Below, one piece after another: positions 42,399 to 51,565 of a stretch of DNA of 64,000 bases. The stretch spans positions 1,536,001 to 1,600,000 of the forward strand of contig JASGHJ010000001.1 in the NCBI GenBank assembly GCA_047602405.1, given 5' to 3'. The notes beneath the pieces are model-generated. The model worked only from the letters and a program-made list of their open reading frames with translations, was not told where the DNA came from and ran no database searches. Position 1 is the first letter of the stretch. Every line of letters begins with the position of its first letter. The position numbers and the translations under genes are program-made. Source of the stretch: Anaeromyxobacteraceae bacterium (GTDB lineage: Bacteria; Myxococcota; Myxococcia; Myxococcales; Anaeromyxobacteraceae).

Positions 42399-43724
42399 CT
42401 ACGGCGCCCGGGCAACCGCCCGCGACCGCAGCACCGCCGCGAGCGCGTCGGCGACCCGAGGGGCCTCGTTCGCCGGCAGCGCCCCGATCGCGATCCGCAC
42501 GCCGGGCGGCGACTGGAGCCGGTACCGTGCCCCGCCGCGCACGCAGAGGCCCCGTGCGGCGAGCCCGGCGACGACCTCCGCCTCGTCCGGCACCGGCACC
42601 CAGACCACGAGGCCGGAGCGGCCGTGGGCCTCGACGCCCCGGGCGCGGAGCGCGGCCAGCAATGCCTCGCGCCGCTCGACGTACACCTTCCGCGCCTTCG
42701 CGACGGCGGCCGCGGCGCCCCGGTCGGCCATCGCGGCGAGCGCGAGCTGCTGCAGGTAACCGGAGATCCAGCCCGCCGAGAGCCACTGCTCGCGGCGCAT
42801 GCGCTCGAGCGTCGCCGTGTCGCCGGCCGCGACGCCGACGCGGACGTCGGGCGCGACGGGCTTCGTGAACGAGCGCACCACGAGCCAGCGCTCCCGGCGG
42901 CCGACCACGTCCTCGTAGGGCGCGGACGAGAGCAGGCTCAGGTAGTCGTCGACGAGGACCGCGACGTCGGGGTGGGCGGCGAGCACCTTCCGGAGCGCGG
43001 CGGCGCGCGCCGGCGACAGGGCCGCCCCGGTGGGACTCTGGCAGCGCGCGGTGAGGACGACCGCGCGGGCCCCCGCGCGCAGCGCGCCGGCGAGCGCCTC
43101 GGCGCGCATGCCCTCGTCGTCCACCGCGACCGGCACCGGCACGAGCCCGAGCGCCGAGACGCAGGCGTGGTGCTCGTTGAAGCCGGGGTCCTCGACGGCC
43201 ACCCGGTCGCCGGGCGCGAGGTTCGCACGGAGCGCGCCGTGGATGGCCGGGATCGCGCCGGCGGTGGCCATGAGCTCGCCGCCGGGGACCCCGTCCTCCT
43301 CGAAGGCCTCGCGGGAGCGCCGGGCGAGCGCCGGGAGGAGGTGGTCGCCGTCGTAGCGCCCGGGGTCCGGGTCGAGCCCGGCGAGGAGGCGGGCGAGGTC
43401 CGGGAGCAGCGCCGGATCCGGGCTCGCGGCGCGCAGGTCGAGCGCGCCCGCGGGCGCCTCGGCGTCGACGTACTCGCGGCGGGCCGGCGGCGCGAGCACG
43501 CGGGTGCCGCGCCGGCCGTCGGCGCGGACGACGCCGCGCTGGGCGAGCAGGCGGTACGCGGAGGCGGCGGTGCCGGGCGAGATGCCGAGCGTGGTCGCGA
43601 GCTCCCGGACGGGTGGGAGGAGCGCCTCGGGCGGGACGCGGCCGGCGCGCACGAGCGCCTCGATCCCCGAGGCGACCTTGACGGCGGGCCCGGCGGCCAC
43701 GTATCTCTGTATCACCTCGATCAA
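42399..43724 (-). CDS. MocR/GntR-family PLP-dependent transcription regulator
   Basis: LPPVRELATTLGISPGTAASAY wHTH plus aminotransferase domain (VEDPG, QSPTG, RSFTK). Confidence 0.92.
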   Translation of the reverse strand: MIEVIQRYVAAGPAVKVASGIEALVRAGRVPPEALLPPVRELATTLGISPGTAASAYRLLAQRGVVRADGRRGTRVLAPPARREYVDAEAPAGALDLRAASPDPALLPDLARLLAGLDPDPGRYDGDHLLPALARRSREAFEEDGVPGGELMATAGAIPAIHGALRANLAPGDRVAVEDPGFNEHHACVSALGLVPVPVAVDDEGMRAEALAGALRAGARAVVLTARCQSPTGAALSPARAAALRKVLAAHPDVAVLVDDYLSLLSSAPYEDVVGRRERWLVVRSFTKPVAPDVRVGVAAGDTATLERMRREQWLSAGWISGYLQQLALAAMADRGAAAAVAKARKVYVERREALLAALRARGVEAHGRSGLVVWVPVPDEAEVVAGLAARGLCVRGGARYRLQSPPGVRIAIGALPANEAPRVADALAAVLRSRAVARAP

Positions 43725-43742
43725 CGAGTTGTATCGTTACAA
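43701..43742. promoter_or_regulatory. Candidate MocR operator
   Basis: GTATC repeats at 43701, 43709 and 43731, plus inverted repeat TTGTA-N4-TACAA (43729-43742), in the divergent region. Confidence 0.5.
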
Positions 43743-43771
43743 AATGAGTGACGAGATGTCAAGCACGGGAA

Positions 43772-43822
43772 CGTCCCTCGTCTCCGCCCCCGCTGCGCGG
43801 GGGCTACGCTCGGGACGAACGG
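43772..43822 (-). repeat. REP-like repeat
   Basis: CGTCCCTCGTCTCCG-hairpin-CTACGCTCGGGACGAACGG. Confidence 0.85.
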
Positions 43823-43830
43823 AAGAGCCG

Positions 43831-44799
43831 ATGGTCGTCACCCAGGGGCGCGCGCCCGCCACGCCGCGCGCCGCGCTCGTCTTCGCGTTCGCGGTGCTCT
43901 ATCTCGTCTGGGGGTCCACGTTCCTCGGCATCAAGGTGGCGGTGGAGACCATCCCGCCGTTCGCGATGCCGGCGATCCGGTTCCTCGTGTCGGGCCTCGT
44001 GCTGCTGGCGGTCCGCTGGCGCGCGCTCGCGGCGGTCACCGCGCGGCAGTGGCGGAACGCCTTCGTGCTGGGCGGGCTCTTCTTCCTCGGCAACCACGCG
44101 ATGGTCTGCACCGCGGCGCCGTACCTGCCCTCCGGCCTCGGCTCGATCATCATCGCGACCGAGGTGCCCGTCATCGCGGTGCTCTCGAGCCTGCTCCTCC
44201 CGGGCCACCCGCTGACCAAGAAGACGCTCGCCGGCGGCGCGCTCGGCCTGGCCGGGGTCGCGGTCCTGTTCCTCGGGACCGGCGGCGCCGACGGGCACGC
44301 GCCGGTGGGCCCGAGCCTGCTCTTCCTCGGGGCGTCGATCTCCTGGTCGATCGGCGTCGTGATCTCCCAGCGGCTCGACCAGCCCGCGGACCCGATGCTC
44401 CGGGCCGGGCTGCAGATGGCCGCGGGCGGGCTCCTGCTCGCGGCCGGCAGCGTGCTCCGCGGCGAGCCGGCGGCGCTGCTCCAGCACGGCGCCTCGCACC
44501 GGTCGCTCTGGGCGCTCGCCTACCTCGTGACCTTCGGGTCGATCCTGGCGTTCGGCTGCTTCACCTGGCTCCTGACGAAGGTGAAGCCCGCCCAGGTGGC
44601 GACGCACGTCTTCGTGAACCCGCTCGTCGCGGTCGCGCTCGGGGTCTGGCTCGCGGGCGAGCGGCTCCTGCCGGTGCACTTCCTCGCCGGCGCGTTCATC
44701 CTCGCGTCGGTGATGGTGATCAACGGGACGTTCTCGCGTCCTTCGACTTCGGCCCGCCTGCGGCGGGCCTACGCTCAGGATGAGCGGCCAGAGGGCTAG
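43831..44799 (+). CDS. EamA/DMT-family transporter
   Basis: YLVWGSTF, RFLVSG, YLVTFGS, FVNPLVAVALG; about 10 TM helices. Confidence 0.92.
   Translation: MVVTQGRAPATPRAALVFAFAVLYLVWGSTFLGIKVAVETIPPFAMPAIRFLVSGLVLLAVRWRALAAVTARQWRNAFVLGGLFFLGNHAMVCTAAPYLPSGLGSIIIATEVPVIAVLSSLLLPGHPLTKKTLAGGALGLAGVAVLFLGTGGADGHAPVGPSLLFLGASISWSIGVVISQRLDQPADPMLRAGLQMAAGGLLLAAGSVLRGEPAALLQHGASHRSLWALAYLVTFGSILAFGCFTWLLTKVKPAQVATHVFVNPLVAVALGVWLAGERLLPVHFLAGAFILASVMVINGTFSRPSTSARLRRAYAQDERPEG
44737..44787 (-). repeat. REP-like repeat forming the EamA C-terminus
   Basis: Translated as RPSTSARLRRAYAQDER. Confidence 0.85.
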
Positions 44800-46526
44800 T
44801 AGCGCCACCCGTGCGCGATCGGCAGCCTGCGCCCCTCGCCGAAGGCCTTCTCGGAGACCTTGAGCACCGGCGCCGCCTGGCGGCGCTTGTACTCGCTCCC
44901 GACCACCATCCGGAGCACGCGCCGGACGGTCGCCTCGTCGTGGCCGCGGGCGACGATCTCGGCGGCGGGCAGGCGCTGCTCGACGTACGCCTCGAGGATG
45001 TCGTCGAGGACGTCGTACGGGGGCAGGGAGTCCTGGTCCACCTGGCCGGGCTTCAGCTCCGCCGACGGCGGCTTCGTGAAGGTCCGCTCCGGGATGAGCT
45101 GCCGCTTCGCGCGGGCGTTCGCGGCGCGGGAGACGCGGTACACGAGCGTCTTCGGCACGTCGCCGATGACCGCGAGGCCGCCCGCCATGTCGCCGTAGAG
45201 CGTGCAGTAGCCGACCGCGAGCTCGCTCTTGTTGCCGGTCGAGAGCACGAGGCCGCCCGTGTCGTTCGAGAGCGCCATCAGGATCTGCCCGCGCACGCGC
45301 GCCTGGACGTTCTGCTCGGCGAGATCCCCGAGGGCCTTGCCGCGGGAGACCTCGAGCTGGGCCATGAACGCGGCGTGCATCGGCTCGATCGGCACCTCCA
45401 TGAACCGGATGCCGAGCGTCCGGGCGAGCACCGCCGCGTCCTCGCGGGAGTGGCCGGACGAGTAGCGCGACGGCATCGCCACCCCGAGCACCTGCTGCGG
45501 CCCGAGCGCCTCCGCCGCGATGACGGCGGTGAGCGCCGAGTCGATGCCGCCGGAGAGGCCGACGACCGCGCTCCGGAAGCCGCACTTCCTCACGTAGTCG
45601 CGCACGCCCAGGACGAGCGCGCGGAGGACCTCGTCGGCGACGGGGTCCTGTGCCTCCGCGGGCGCTGCCCCGGGGGCCGGCGCGCCCGGGGGGAGCGGCC
45701 GCCCCTCGAGGTCGAGCACCTGCACCTCGCCCGAGCCGTCGGTCGAGGCGATCACGATCGCCTCCTCGAAGAGCGGCGCGCGGGCGAGGATCGTGCCGTC
45801 CTTCCCGACGAGCAGCGAGCCGCCGTCGAAGAGGAGCGCGTCGTTCCCGCCCACCTGGTTCACGTAGGCGATGGGCGCGCCGTGGTCGCGCGCCGCCGCG
45901 GAGAGCATGCGCTCGCGCAGCGCGGGCTTCCCGATCGCGTACGGCGAGGCCGAGAGGTTGACGATGAGGCCCGCGCCCGCCTGCACGAGCTCGCCGATGG
46001 GATCGCGCGTGTAGCGCGGCCGGTCCCAGAAGCGCTTGTCGTTCCAGACGTCCTCGCAGATGGAGAGCCCGACCCGCATGCCGACCGACTCGGCGTCGGC
46101 CGCGGTGGAGATGGGCGCCGGGAGGAAGTAGCGCGTCTCGTCGAAGACGTCGTAGGTCGGGAGGAGGGACTTCCGCCCCACCTGGACGACCCGGCCGCCT
46201 TCGAGGAACGCCACCGAGTTGTAGAGGCCGGGCGGCGGCCCGCCCGGGACGGGCTCGGGGTAGCCGATCGCGATCGCGACGTCGCGCGACCACTCGGCGG
46301 GGGCGGCGAGCTCGGCCAGGGTCCGCCGCGCGGCCTCCACGAACTCGGGCAGGTCGAGGAAGTCCCGCGGGGGGTATCCGCAGAGCGTGAGCTCCGGGAA
46401 GACCACGACGCCCGCGCCGGCGGCGCGGGCCCGCTCGGTCGCGGCGCGGATGCGGGCCGCGTTGCTGGTGAAGTCGCCGATCGTCGTGTCGATCTGCGCG
46501 AGCGCGATGCGTCCGGGGTTCGCCAC
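44796..46526 (-). CDS. nadE: Glutamine-dependent NAD+ synthetase
   Basis: FPEL, ICEDVW nitrilase domain; SGGIDS, TGNKSE, YGDMAG, PSAELKPGQVD. Confidence 0.95.
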   Translation of the reverse strand: MANPGRIALAQIDTTIGDFTSNAARIRAATERARAAGAGVVVFPELTLCGYPPRDFLDLPEFVEAARRTLAELAAPAEWSRDVAIAIGYPEPVPGGPPPGLYNSVAFLEGGRVVQVGRKSLLPTYDVFDETRYFLPAPISTAADAESVGMRVGLSICEDVWNDKRFWDRPRYTRDPIGELVQAGAGLIVNLSASPYAIGKPALRERMLSAAARDHGAPIAYVNQVGGNDALLFDGGSLLVGKDGTILARAPLFEEAIVIASTDGSGEVQVLDLEGRPLPPGAPAPGAAPAEAQDPVADEVLRALVLGVRDYVRKCGFRSAVVGLSGGIDSALTAVIAAEALGPQQVLGVAMPSRYSSGHSREDAAVLARTLGIRFMEVPIEPMHAAFMAQLEVSRGKALGDLAEQNVQARVRGQILMALSNDTGGLVLSTGNKSELAVGYCTLYGDMAGGLAVIGDVPKTLVYRVSRAANARAKRQLIPERTFTKPPSAELKPGQVDQDSLPPYDVLDDILEAYVEQRLPAAEIVARGHDEATVRRVLRMVVGSEYKRRQAAPVLKVSEKAFGEGRRLPIAHGWRY

Positions 46527-46552
46527 GGAGGGATGCTACATTACCGCGCGGG

Positions 46553-47561
46553 ATGGTACCCCGCATTCTGCTCGCGGAGGACGGCAAGGCCGTCGTGCAG
46601 GTCATCGAGCGCGGCGCGGCGCTCGCGGGCGCGCACGTCGACGCGGTGCCGCTCTCGCGGGCGGCGACGGGGCTCGCGCCCGAGCACGGCGCGGCGATCG
46701 TCCACGGCGCCGGCCCGGGCGACGCGCTCATCGCGGCGATGCGGGCCGCGCACCCCGACCTCCCGATCGTCGCGCTCTTCTACGACGACGACGACGCCAC
46801 CGGCGCGGGCCCGGGCGCCGCGGGCGCGGACGGCAGCCTGGTCGGTCCGCTCACGCTCCCCGCGGTCGCCGGCACCGTCCGGCTCGCGCTGCGCCTCCGC
46901 GAGGCGCGCCTCGCCGCCGCCGACCGGGAGCTCGCCGCCCCGCCGCTCCCCGCGCCGCCACCGGTCGCCGACCTCGCCGCGGACGCGGCCGCCGCGACCG
47001 CGAACGGCCGCGGCGAGCCGGACGCCGGGGCGGCCGCCGGGGCGGCGCAGCAGCCCGCGGGCGGCAACCAGGGGCTCGAGCTGCTGAAGCGGCTCATCGT
47101 GCTCGAGGTGAAGCGATCGCGGCGCTACAAGCTGCCGGTGTCGATCGCGATCGTGGCGCTCGACGGCTGGCCGGAGCGCGCGGCGGAGCTCTCCGGGGCG
47201 GAGCGGCAGGCCACGCTCGCGAGCGTGCTCGGCACCGTGGCCGGCGCGCTCCGCGACATCGACATGGTGGTCCCGTTCCCGGACGATCGCCTCGTCGCGC
47301 TCCTGCCGCACACCGACCGCGCCGGGGCGCTCGTCGTGGCCGGCCGGATCGTCTCCCGGATCCGGAACCTCGCCGGGCCGCACCCGCTGACCGCGAGCGC
47401 CGGGATCGCCACGCACGACGGCGAGGGCGACGGCCAGAATCTCCTTCGCGAGCCTCGTGAAGCGGGCGTCCGGCGCGCTCACCCGCGCCCGCGGCGCGGG
47501 GGGCGATCAGGCGCTCGCCGGCGACCCCCCGAAGCGCAAGGAACGCATCGTCATCGGGTAG
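46553..47561 (+). CDS. Degenerate REC-GGDEF protein; apparent +1 frameshift at 47438-47439
   Basis: LEVKRSRRYKLPVSIAIVALD, LRDID, LLPHT, TASAGIA. GGDEF position reads PFPDDR. Removing one A from CAGAATC restores ISFASLVKRASGALTRAR...ERIVIG stop. Confidence 0.75.
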
Positions 47562-47566
47562 CAACC

Positions 47567-48520
47567 GTGCGCGCGCTCGCCACCCTCGCGTTCGTCCTCG
47601 CCGCCTGCACCCGCCCGCCCGAGCTCCCGGTCGTGCGCGTCCACGTGGCCGCCGACCTCCACGAGGGCGCGCTCGGCGCCGCGGCGGCCTGGTCCCGCCT
47701 CGCCCGGGTCGCGCCCGCGGCCCGCCCCGAGGACGCCGAGCTCGCCTGGCTGGCCGATCCCGTGGCCGCGCTCGCGCTGGGCGAGCGGGCCGCGCCGGGC
47801 AGCGCCCCGGCGGCCGAGGGCGTCCCCGCGCGCCACCTCGACCCGAGGGCGCGCTTCGCGCCGCTCGGCGCGCGGACCCGGGTGCTGCTCGTCCGGCCGG
47901 GGGCGAAGCTGCCGTTCGAGCCCCAGGGGCTGCCGCAGCTCGCCGACCCACGGCTGCGCGGCCGCGTGGCCGTGGTGCCGCTCGCGCGGGGGCAGGGCCC
48001 GTCCACCGTCGCCGCGCTGGCGCTCGCCCACGGCCCGCGGGCCGTCGACCGCTTCCTCGGTGGCCTGGCCTCGAACGGCCCCGTGCTCGCCGGGAGCGAC
48101 GAGGAGGTGCGCACGCTCCTCCTGTCCGGCGCCGCCGACGTGGGGCTCGCGAGCTCGCGGGAGGCCGCCGCCGCGGCCGCCGGGGCGGGCGGCCTCAAGG
48201 TGATCTGGCCCGACCAGCGCGGCCGGGGCGCCGTCGTGCTGCCCACCGCGCTCGTCGTGCTGCCCGGCGCGGGCCCGGCCGCCCGGGCGCTCGCGGCGTG
48301 GCTCGCGGGGCCCGACGGCGAGCGCCTGCTCGTCGCCCGCGTCCCGGGGCTCCTCCCGCTGCGCACCGGCGTCCCGGTGCCGCCCGGCGTCGAGCCCGCC
48401 GGGAACCTGCTCGCCCTGCCGCTCGACTGGGACGCGCTCGCCGCCGAGGCCGAGGCGCGCCGTCCGTCGCTCGCGGGGTGGCCGGAAGCGTTCACGCAGG
48501 GTGCCGCCCCGCCGAAGTGA
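47567..48520 (+). CDS. Solute-binding lipoprotein (Fe3+/polyamine SBP-like)
   Basis: Lipobox FVLAAC; LADPRLRGRVA, GAADVGL, VIWPDQ. Confidence 0.7.
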   Translation: MRALATLAFVLAACTRPPELPVVRVHVAADLHEGALGAAAAWSRLARVAPAARPEDAELAWLADPVAALALGERAAPGSAPAAEGVPARHLDPRARFAPLGARTRVLLVRPGAKLPFEPQGLPQLADPRLRGRVAVVPLARGQGPSTVAALALAHGPRAVDRFLGGLASNGPVLAGSDEEVRTLLLSGAADVGLASSREAAAAAAGAGGLKVIWPDQRGRGAVVLPTALVVLPGAGPAARALAAWLAGPDGERLLVARVPGLLPLRTGVPVPPGVEPAGNLLALPLDWDALAAEAEARRPSLAGWPEAFTQGAAPPK

Positions 48521-48554
48521 GGGCCGGGGCGCCCGGGCGGCCTGACATTCGGGC

Positions 48555-49964
48555 GTGCACCGCCCCGGCCCGCTCCGCGCCGCCCTCACCCTCGCCGCCG
48601 TCCTCGCCCCCTCCCTCGTCCCTGCCGCCCCCCGCGCGAAGCCGCGCTGCCCGGGGCGCTACGCGACCTCGCCCGCCGCGCTCTCCGAGGCCGCGCGCGA
48701 CCTCGAGAGCCGGCCGCGCGCCGGGTACGTCCTCTGCCTGCGCGCGACCGCCGTGTTCGAGTCGGTCTCGTACGGCCCGGGCGGCCGGCTCCGGCGCCAG
48801 TACCACGTGAAGGTCCGGCACGGGACGGGCTTCGCCTACCGCGCCGGCGACGGGCGCGTGCTCGTCGCCACCAACCACCACGTCATCGACTTCCCGGACG
48901 TGACCGGCGACGCCGACGACGTCGTGGACGGCGTCCCGGGCGGCGCGCTGCGCGTCCGGGCGGAGGTGCGGGTGGTGGGGAGCGAGGCCGACCCCGAGGA
49001 CCCCTCCCAGCCGCTGCTCTCGACGGTGCTCGTCGCGCACGCGCTCGACCTCGCGATCCTCGCCGGGCCGCCCACGCTCCCGGTCATGCCCTACCGGCTC
49101 GGGCGCTCGGCGGACCTCCGCGTCGGCGACGCCGTGCTCGTGCGCGGCTACCCGCTCGGCGCGTTCGCGGCCCGCAACGCCGGCTCGGTGATCGGCCTCG
49201 CGCAGCGGGACACCGAGCGCGGCTGGGACCACGAGGACTTCGCGGTGGACGCGCTGCTCAACCTCGGCAGCTCGGGCAGCCCGGTGCTCGCGATCGCCTG
49301 CGACACCGGCGAGCCGGAGCTCGTCGGCATCTACCACGCCGGCTACAAGGGCGCGCAGGGGCTCAACGTGGTGATCGCCGTCGACGGCCTGCGCGAGGCG
49401 CTCCTCACGCTGAAGGCGCCCGCACCGGCCCCGGCCGCGCCGCCCGTGCCCAGGGCCGATCCCGCGCTCGCGCGCACCGCGCTCGAGGCGGGCCCGGTGA
49501 CGTTCCCGTTCGGCGGCCGGACCGTGCTCGCGCGGCGCGCCGGGCAGGCGGTCGCGTTCTCGCTGCTCGATCCCGCCTGGCCGCTCTCCGAGCGGGTCGA
49601 GCTGCAGGTCGTGGACGGGGGCGGCGACCCGGCGCCCGGCGCGGCCCGCGAGCTGCGCGCCGCGCTCTGGGAGCAGCTCGCACTCGTGGTCGAGTGGCGG
49701 CGGGCGGAGCGCGCGGGCGAGGGCGGGGCCGCGCGCCGCGAGCAGATCTCGGGGGCGCTGCGCGAGCTCCGCGCTCCCCAGGACGAGCTCGTCGCCGCGC
49801 TCCACGCGGGTGCCGCGGGCCTGACTCGGGACCCCGCAGGAGCGATCGATTCGCCGAAGGGTGGTCGCGATCGGGTTCGGGGCGCGCCCGACCTCGCTAC
49901 ACCCACGGTGAATTTGCAGCGGGTGGAGGGCGCGAACGCCGCCGGGCCTGTAAACGCACGTTGA
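48555..49964 (+). CDS. Secreted trypsin-like serine protease
   Basis: HGTGF, ATNHHV, DLAIL, NLGSSGSP catalytic triad motifs. Confidence 0.85.
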   Translation: MHRPGPLRAALTLAAVLAPSLVPAAPRAKPRCPGRYATSPAALSEAARDLESRPRAGYVLCLRATAVFESVSYGPGGRLRRQYHVKVRHGTGFAYRAGDGRVLVATNHHVIDFPDVTGDADDVVDGVPGGALRVRAEVRVVGSEADPEDPSQPLLSTVLVAHALDLAILAGPPTLPVMPYRLGRSADLRVGDAVLVRGYPLGAFAARNAGSVIGLAQRDTERGWDHEDFAVDALLNLGSSGSPVLAIACDTGEPELVGIYHAGYKGAQGLNVVIAVDGLREALLTLKAPAPAPAAPPVPRADPALARTALEAGPVTFPFGGRTVLARRAGQAVAFSLLDPAWPLSERVELQVVDGGGDPAPGAARELRAALWEQLALVVEWRRAERAGEGGAARREQISGALRELRAPQDELVAALHAGAAGLTRDPAGAIDSPKGGRDRVRGAPDLATPTVNLQRVEGANAAGPVNAR

Positions 49965-50173
49965 CAGGTTCTTGCGAAAATTCTTCGCTCCCCGGACGGG
50001 ATCTGCTGTCCTAAAAGCTGAATAAAATAAGCTTAAAAGAAAATTGATGTGCCAGGGGGGTGTCAACCTGGACGGGCATTATTATCGTCCCCTCTGCCGG
50101 CGTCGGGACGACCGAGCAGGGGCATGACGCAGAGGTTGCGTGGCAACCGGTGGCTCGGGCGGCTCCCGAAGCG

Positions 50174-50250
50174 TTTCATAGGCAGCTTTCAGAGACAGGC
50201 TTTTCAGAGACAGAGTCACAACGCTTCTCAGCAGCACCCTTCGGAGACAG
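50174..50250 (+). repeat. Short direct repeats (TTTCAGAGACAG-like) in the leader of the LuxR-type gene
   Basis: Copies at 50174-50185, 50187-50198, 50202-50213 and 50240-50250, plus a weak one at 50225-50234. Confidence 0.75.
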
Positions 50251-50316
50251 TGCAGCACGCGGCCCCACCTCGTTCGTGAAACCTGGTCGGGGACCTTTAC
50301 CGGGGAAGGACACCAG

Positions 50317-50655
50317 ATGGCCCAGATCGATATCGAGATCCTCACGCCGTTCGCCGCGAAGTTCATGGAGGGGACCACCCTCACCCCCGCCGAGCGCGCC
50401 GAGGTGCTGCGCATCGCCCAGGGCTTCGCCTGCAAGGACTCCGCGGCCGCCGCCGGCGTCTCCCCCGAGACCATCCGCGCCCGCCGCAAGCGCATCTACC
50501 GCAAGCTCGACGTCCCGGGCTCCGGTGAGCTGCTCGCCAGCCTCCTCGCCCTCTCGCTCAAGATGCTCGCCAAGGGCGAGCGCATCGAGCCGCGCCCGGT
50601 GACCCCGACGGCGCAGCCGCAGGCGTCCACGCAGGCCGCCGCGGTCCTCCGCTAG
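50317..50655 (+). CDS. Stand-alone LuxR-type HTH regulator
   Basis: LTPAERAEVLRIAQG...VSPETIRARRKRIYRKLDV. Confidence 0.85.
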   Translation: MAQIDIEILTPFAAKFMEGTTLTPAERAEVLRIAQGFACKDSAAAAGVSPETIRARRKRIYRKLDVPGSGELLASLLALSLKMLAKGERIEPRPVTPTAQPQASTQAAAVLR

Positions 50656-50674
50656 CTTTCGAAGCCTCGTTGGT

Positions 50675-50710
50675 CCCCCCGGACGCCCGCGTGAGGCCGG
50701 CGTCCGGGGG
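50675..50710. terminator. Hairpin between convergent genes
   Basis: CCCCCGGACGCC...GGCGTCCGGGGG. Confidence 0.55.
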
Positions 50711-50727
50711 CCGCGTCGACACCCTCG

Positions 50728-50800
50728 CCCCGTTCATCCCGAGCCCTTCGACTTCGCCGGCGGTCGCCGGCGACGCTCAGGGCAGGCGGAGTCGAGGGAC
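50728..50800. repeat. Nested REP-in-REP element
   Basis: Same architecture as 32035-32107. Confidence 0.8.
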
Positions 50801-50806
50801 CCCTCT

Positions 50807-51544
50807 TCAGGTCCGCACGTAGCCCGTCGCGAGCGCCCGCGCCCAGTCCTCGCGCCCGCGCTCCCGCGCCAGCGCCGCCATCGCGGCGTGATCGTACGGC
50901 ACGCTCACGAGCTCCGCGCGCCAGCCACCCGCCACCGTCTCCACGATCGCGTAGCGCGCGTCGGGCGAGCCGGTCTCCACGACGTGCGGGTGCGGGTTGC
51001 CGTCGTCGTAGGCCGGCAGCCCGACGCTCCCCGGGTTCACGACGAGCGCGCCGCGCCGCGCGCGGACGGCCCGCGGCACGTGGCTGTGGCCGCAGGCGAC
51101 GAGCGCCGCGTCCACGTCGCCGAGCCGCGCCTCGACCTCGGCCGCCGTCGCGGCGCGCAGGCCCGTCCGCTCGACCGTCTCGAGCAGGTACACGAGGTCG
51201 CTCGCGGGCGTGCCGTGGCAGAGGTGGACGCCGGGCGCGTAGGCCGCCCGGGGCGGGAGGCCCGCGATCCAGGCGAGCTCCGCGTCGCCGAGGCGCGCGC
51301 GGGCGTGGGCGTCCGAGAGCCCCATCCGCGCGGGATCGCCGAGGAGCTGGCGCTCGTGGTTGCCGGCGAGGTGCAGCCAGCCGGTCGCCATGAGGTGGCG
51401 CGCCGTCTCGAGCGGCAGGAGCGGGCCCGAGAGGCTGTCGCCGAGGTTCAGGACCGCGTCGACCGCGCGGCCGGCGAGGTCCGCCTCGACGGCCTCGAGC
51501 GCCGGGAGGTTGCCGTGGATGTCCGAGACGAGCGCGAGCCGCAT
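50807..51544 (-). CDS. Metallophosphoesterase
   Basis: SDIHGN, LGDS, GNHE, CGHSH, NPGSVG. Confidence 0.92.
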   Translation of the reverse strand: MRLALVSDIHGNLPALEAVEADLAGRAVDAVLNLGDSLSGPLLPLETARHLMATGWLHLAGNHERQLLGDPARMGLSDAHARARLGDAELAWIAGLPPRAAYAPGVHLCHGTPASDLVYLLETVERTGLRAATAAEVEARLGDVDAALVACGHSHVPRAVRARRGALVVNPGSVGLPAYDDGNPHPHVVETGSPDARYAIVETVAGGWRAELVSVPYDHAAMAALARERGREDWARALATGYVRT

Positions 51545-51565
51545 CGACGCCCTCCCGGGCGACCG

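Noticed and set aside
46553..48520. Novel GGDEF-solute-binding fusion protein
   Set aside because: Artefact of the +1 at 47438-47439. The SBP has its own GTG start and lipobox.
50174..50250. CRISPR mini-array or known riboswitch
   Set aside because: Units are 12 nt with 1-26 nt gaps, and I recognise no aptamer consensus.
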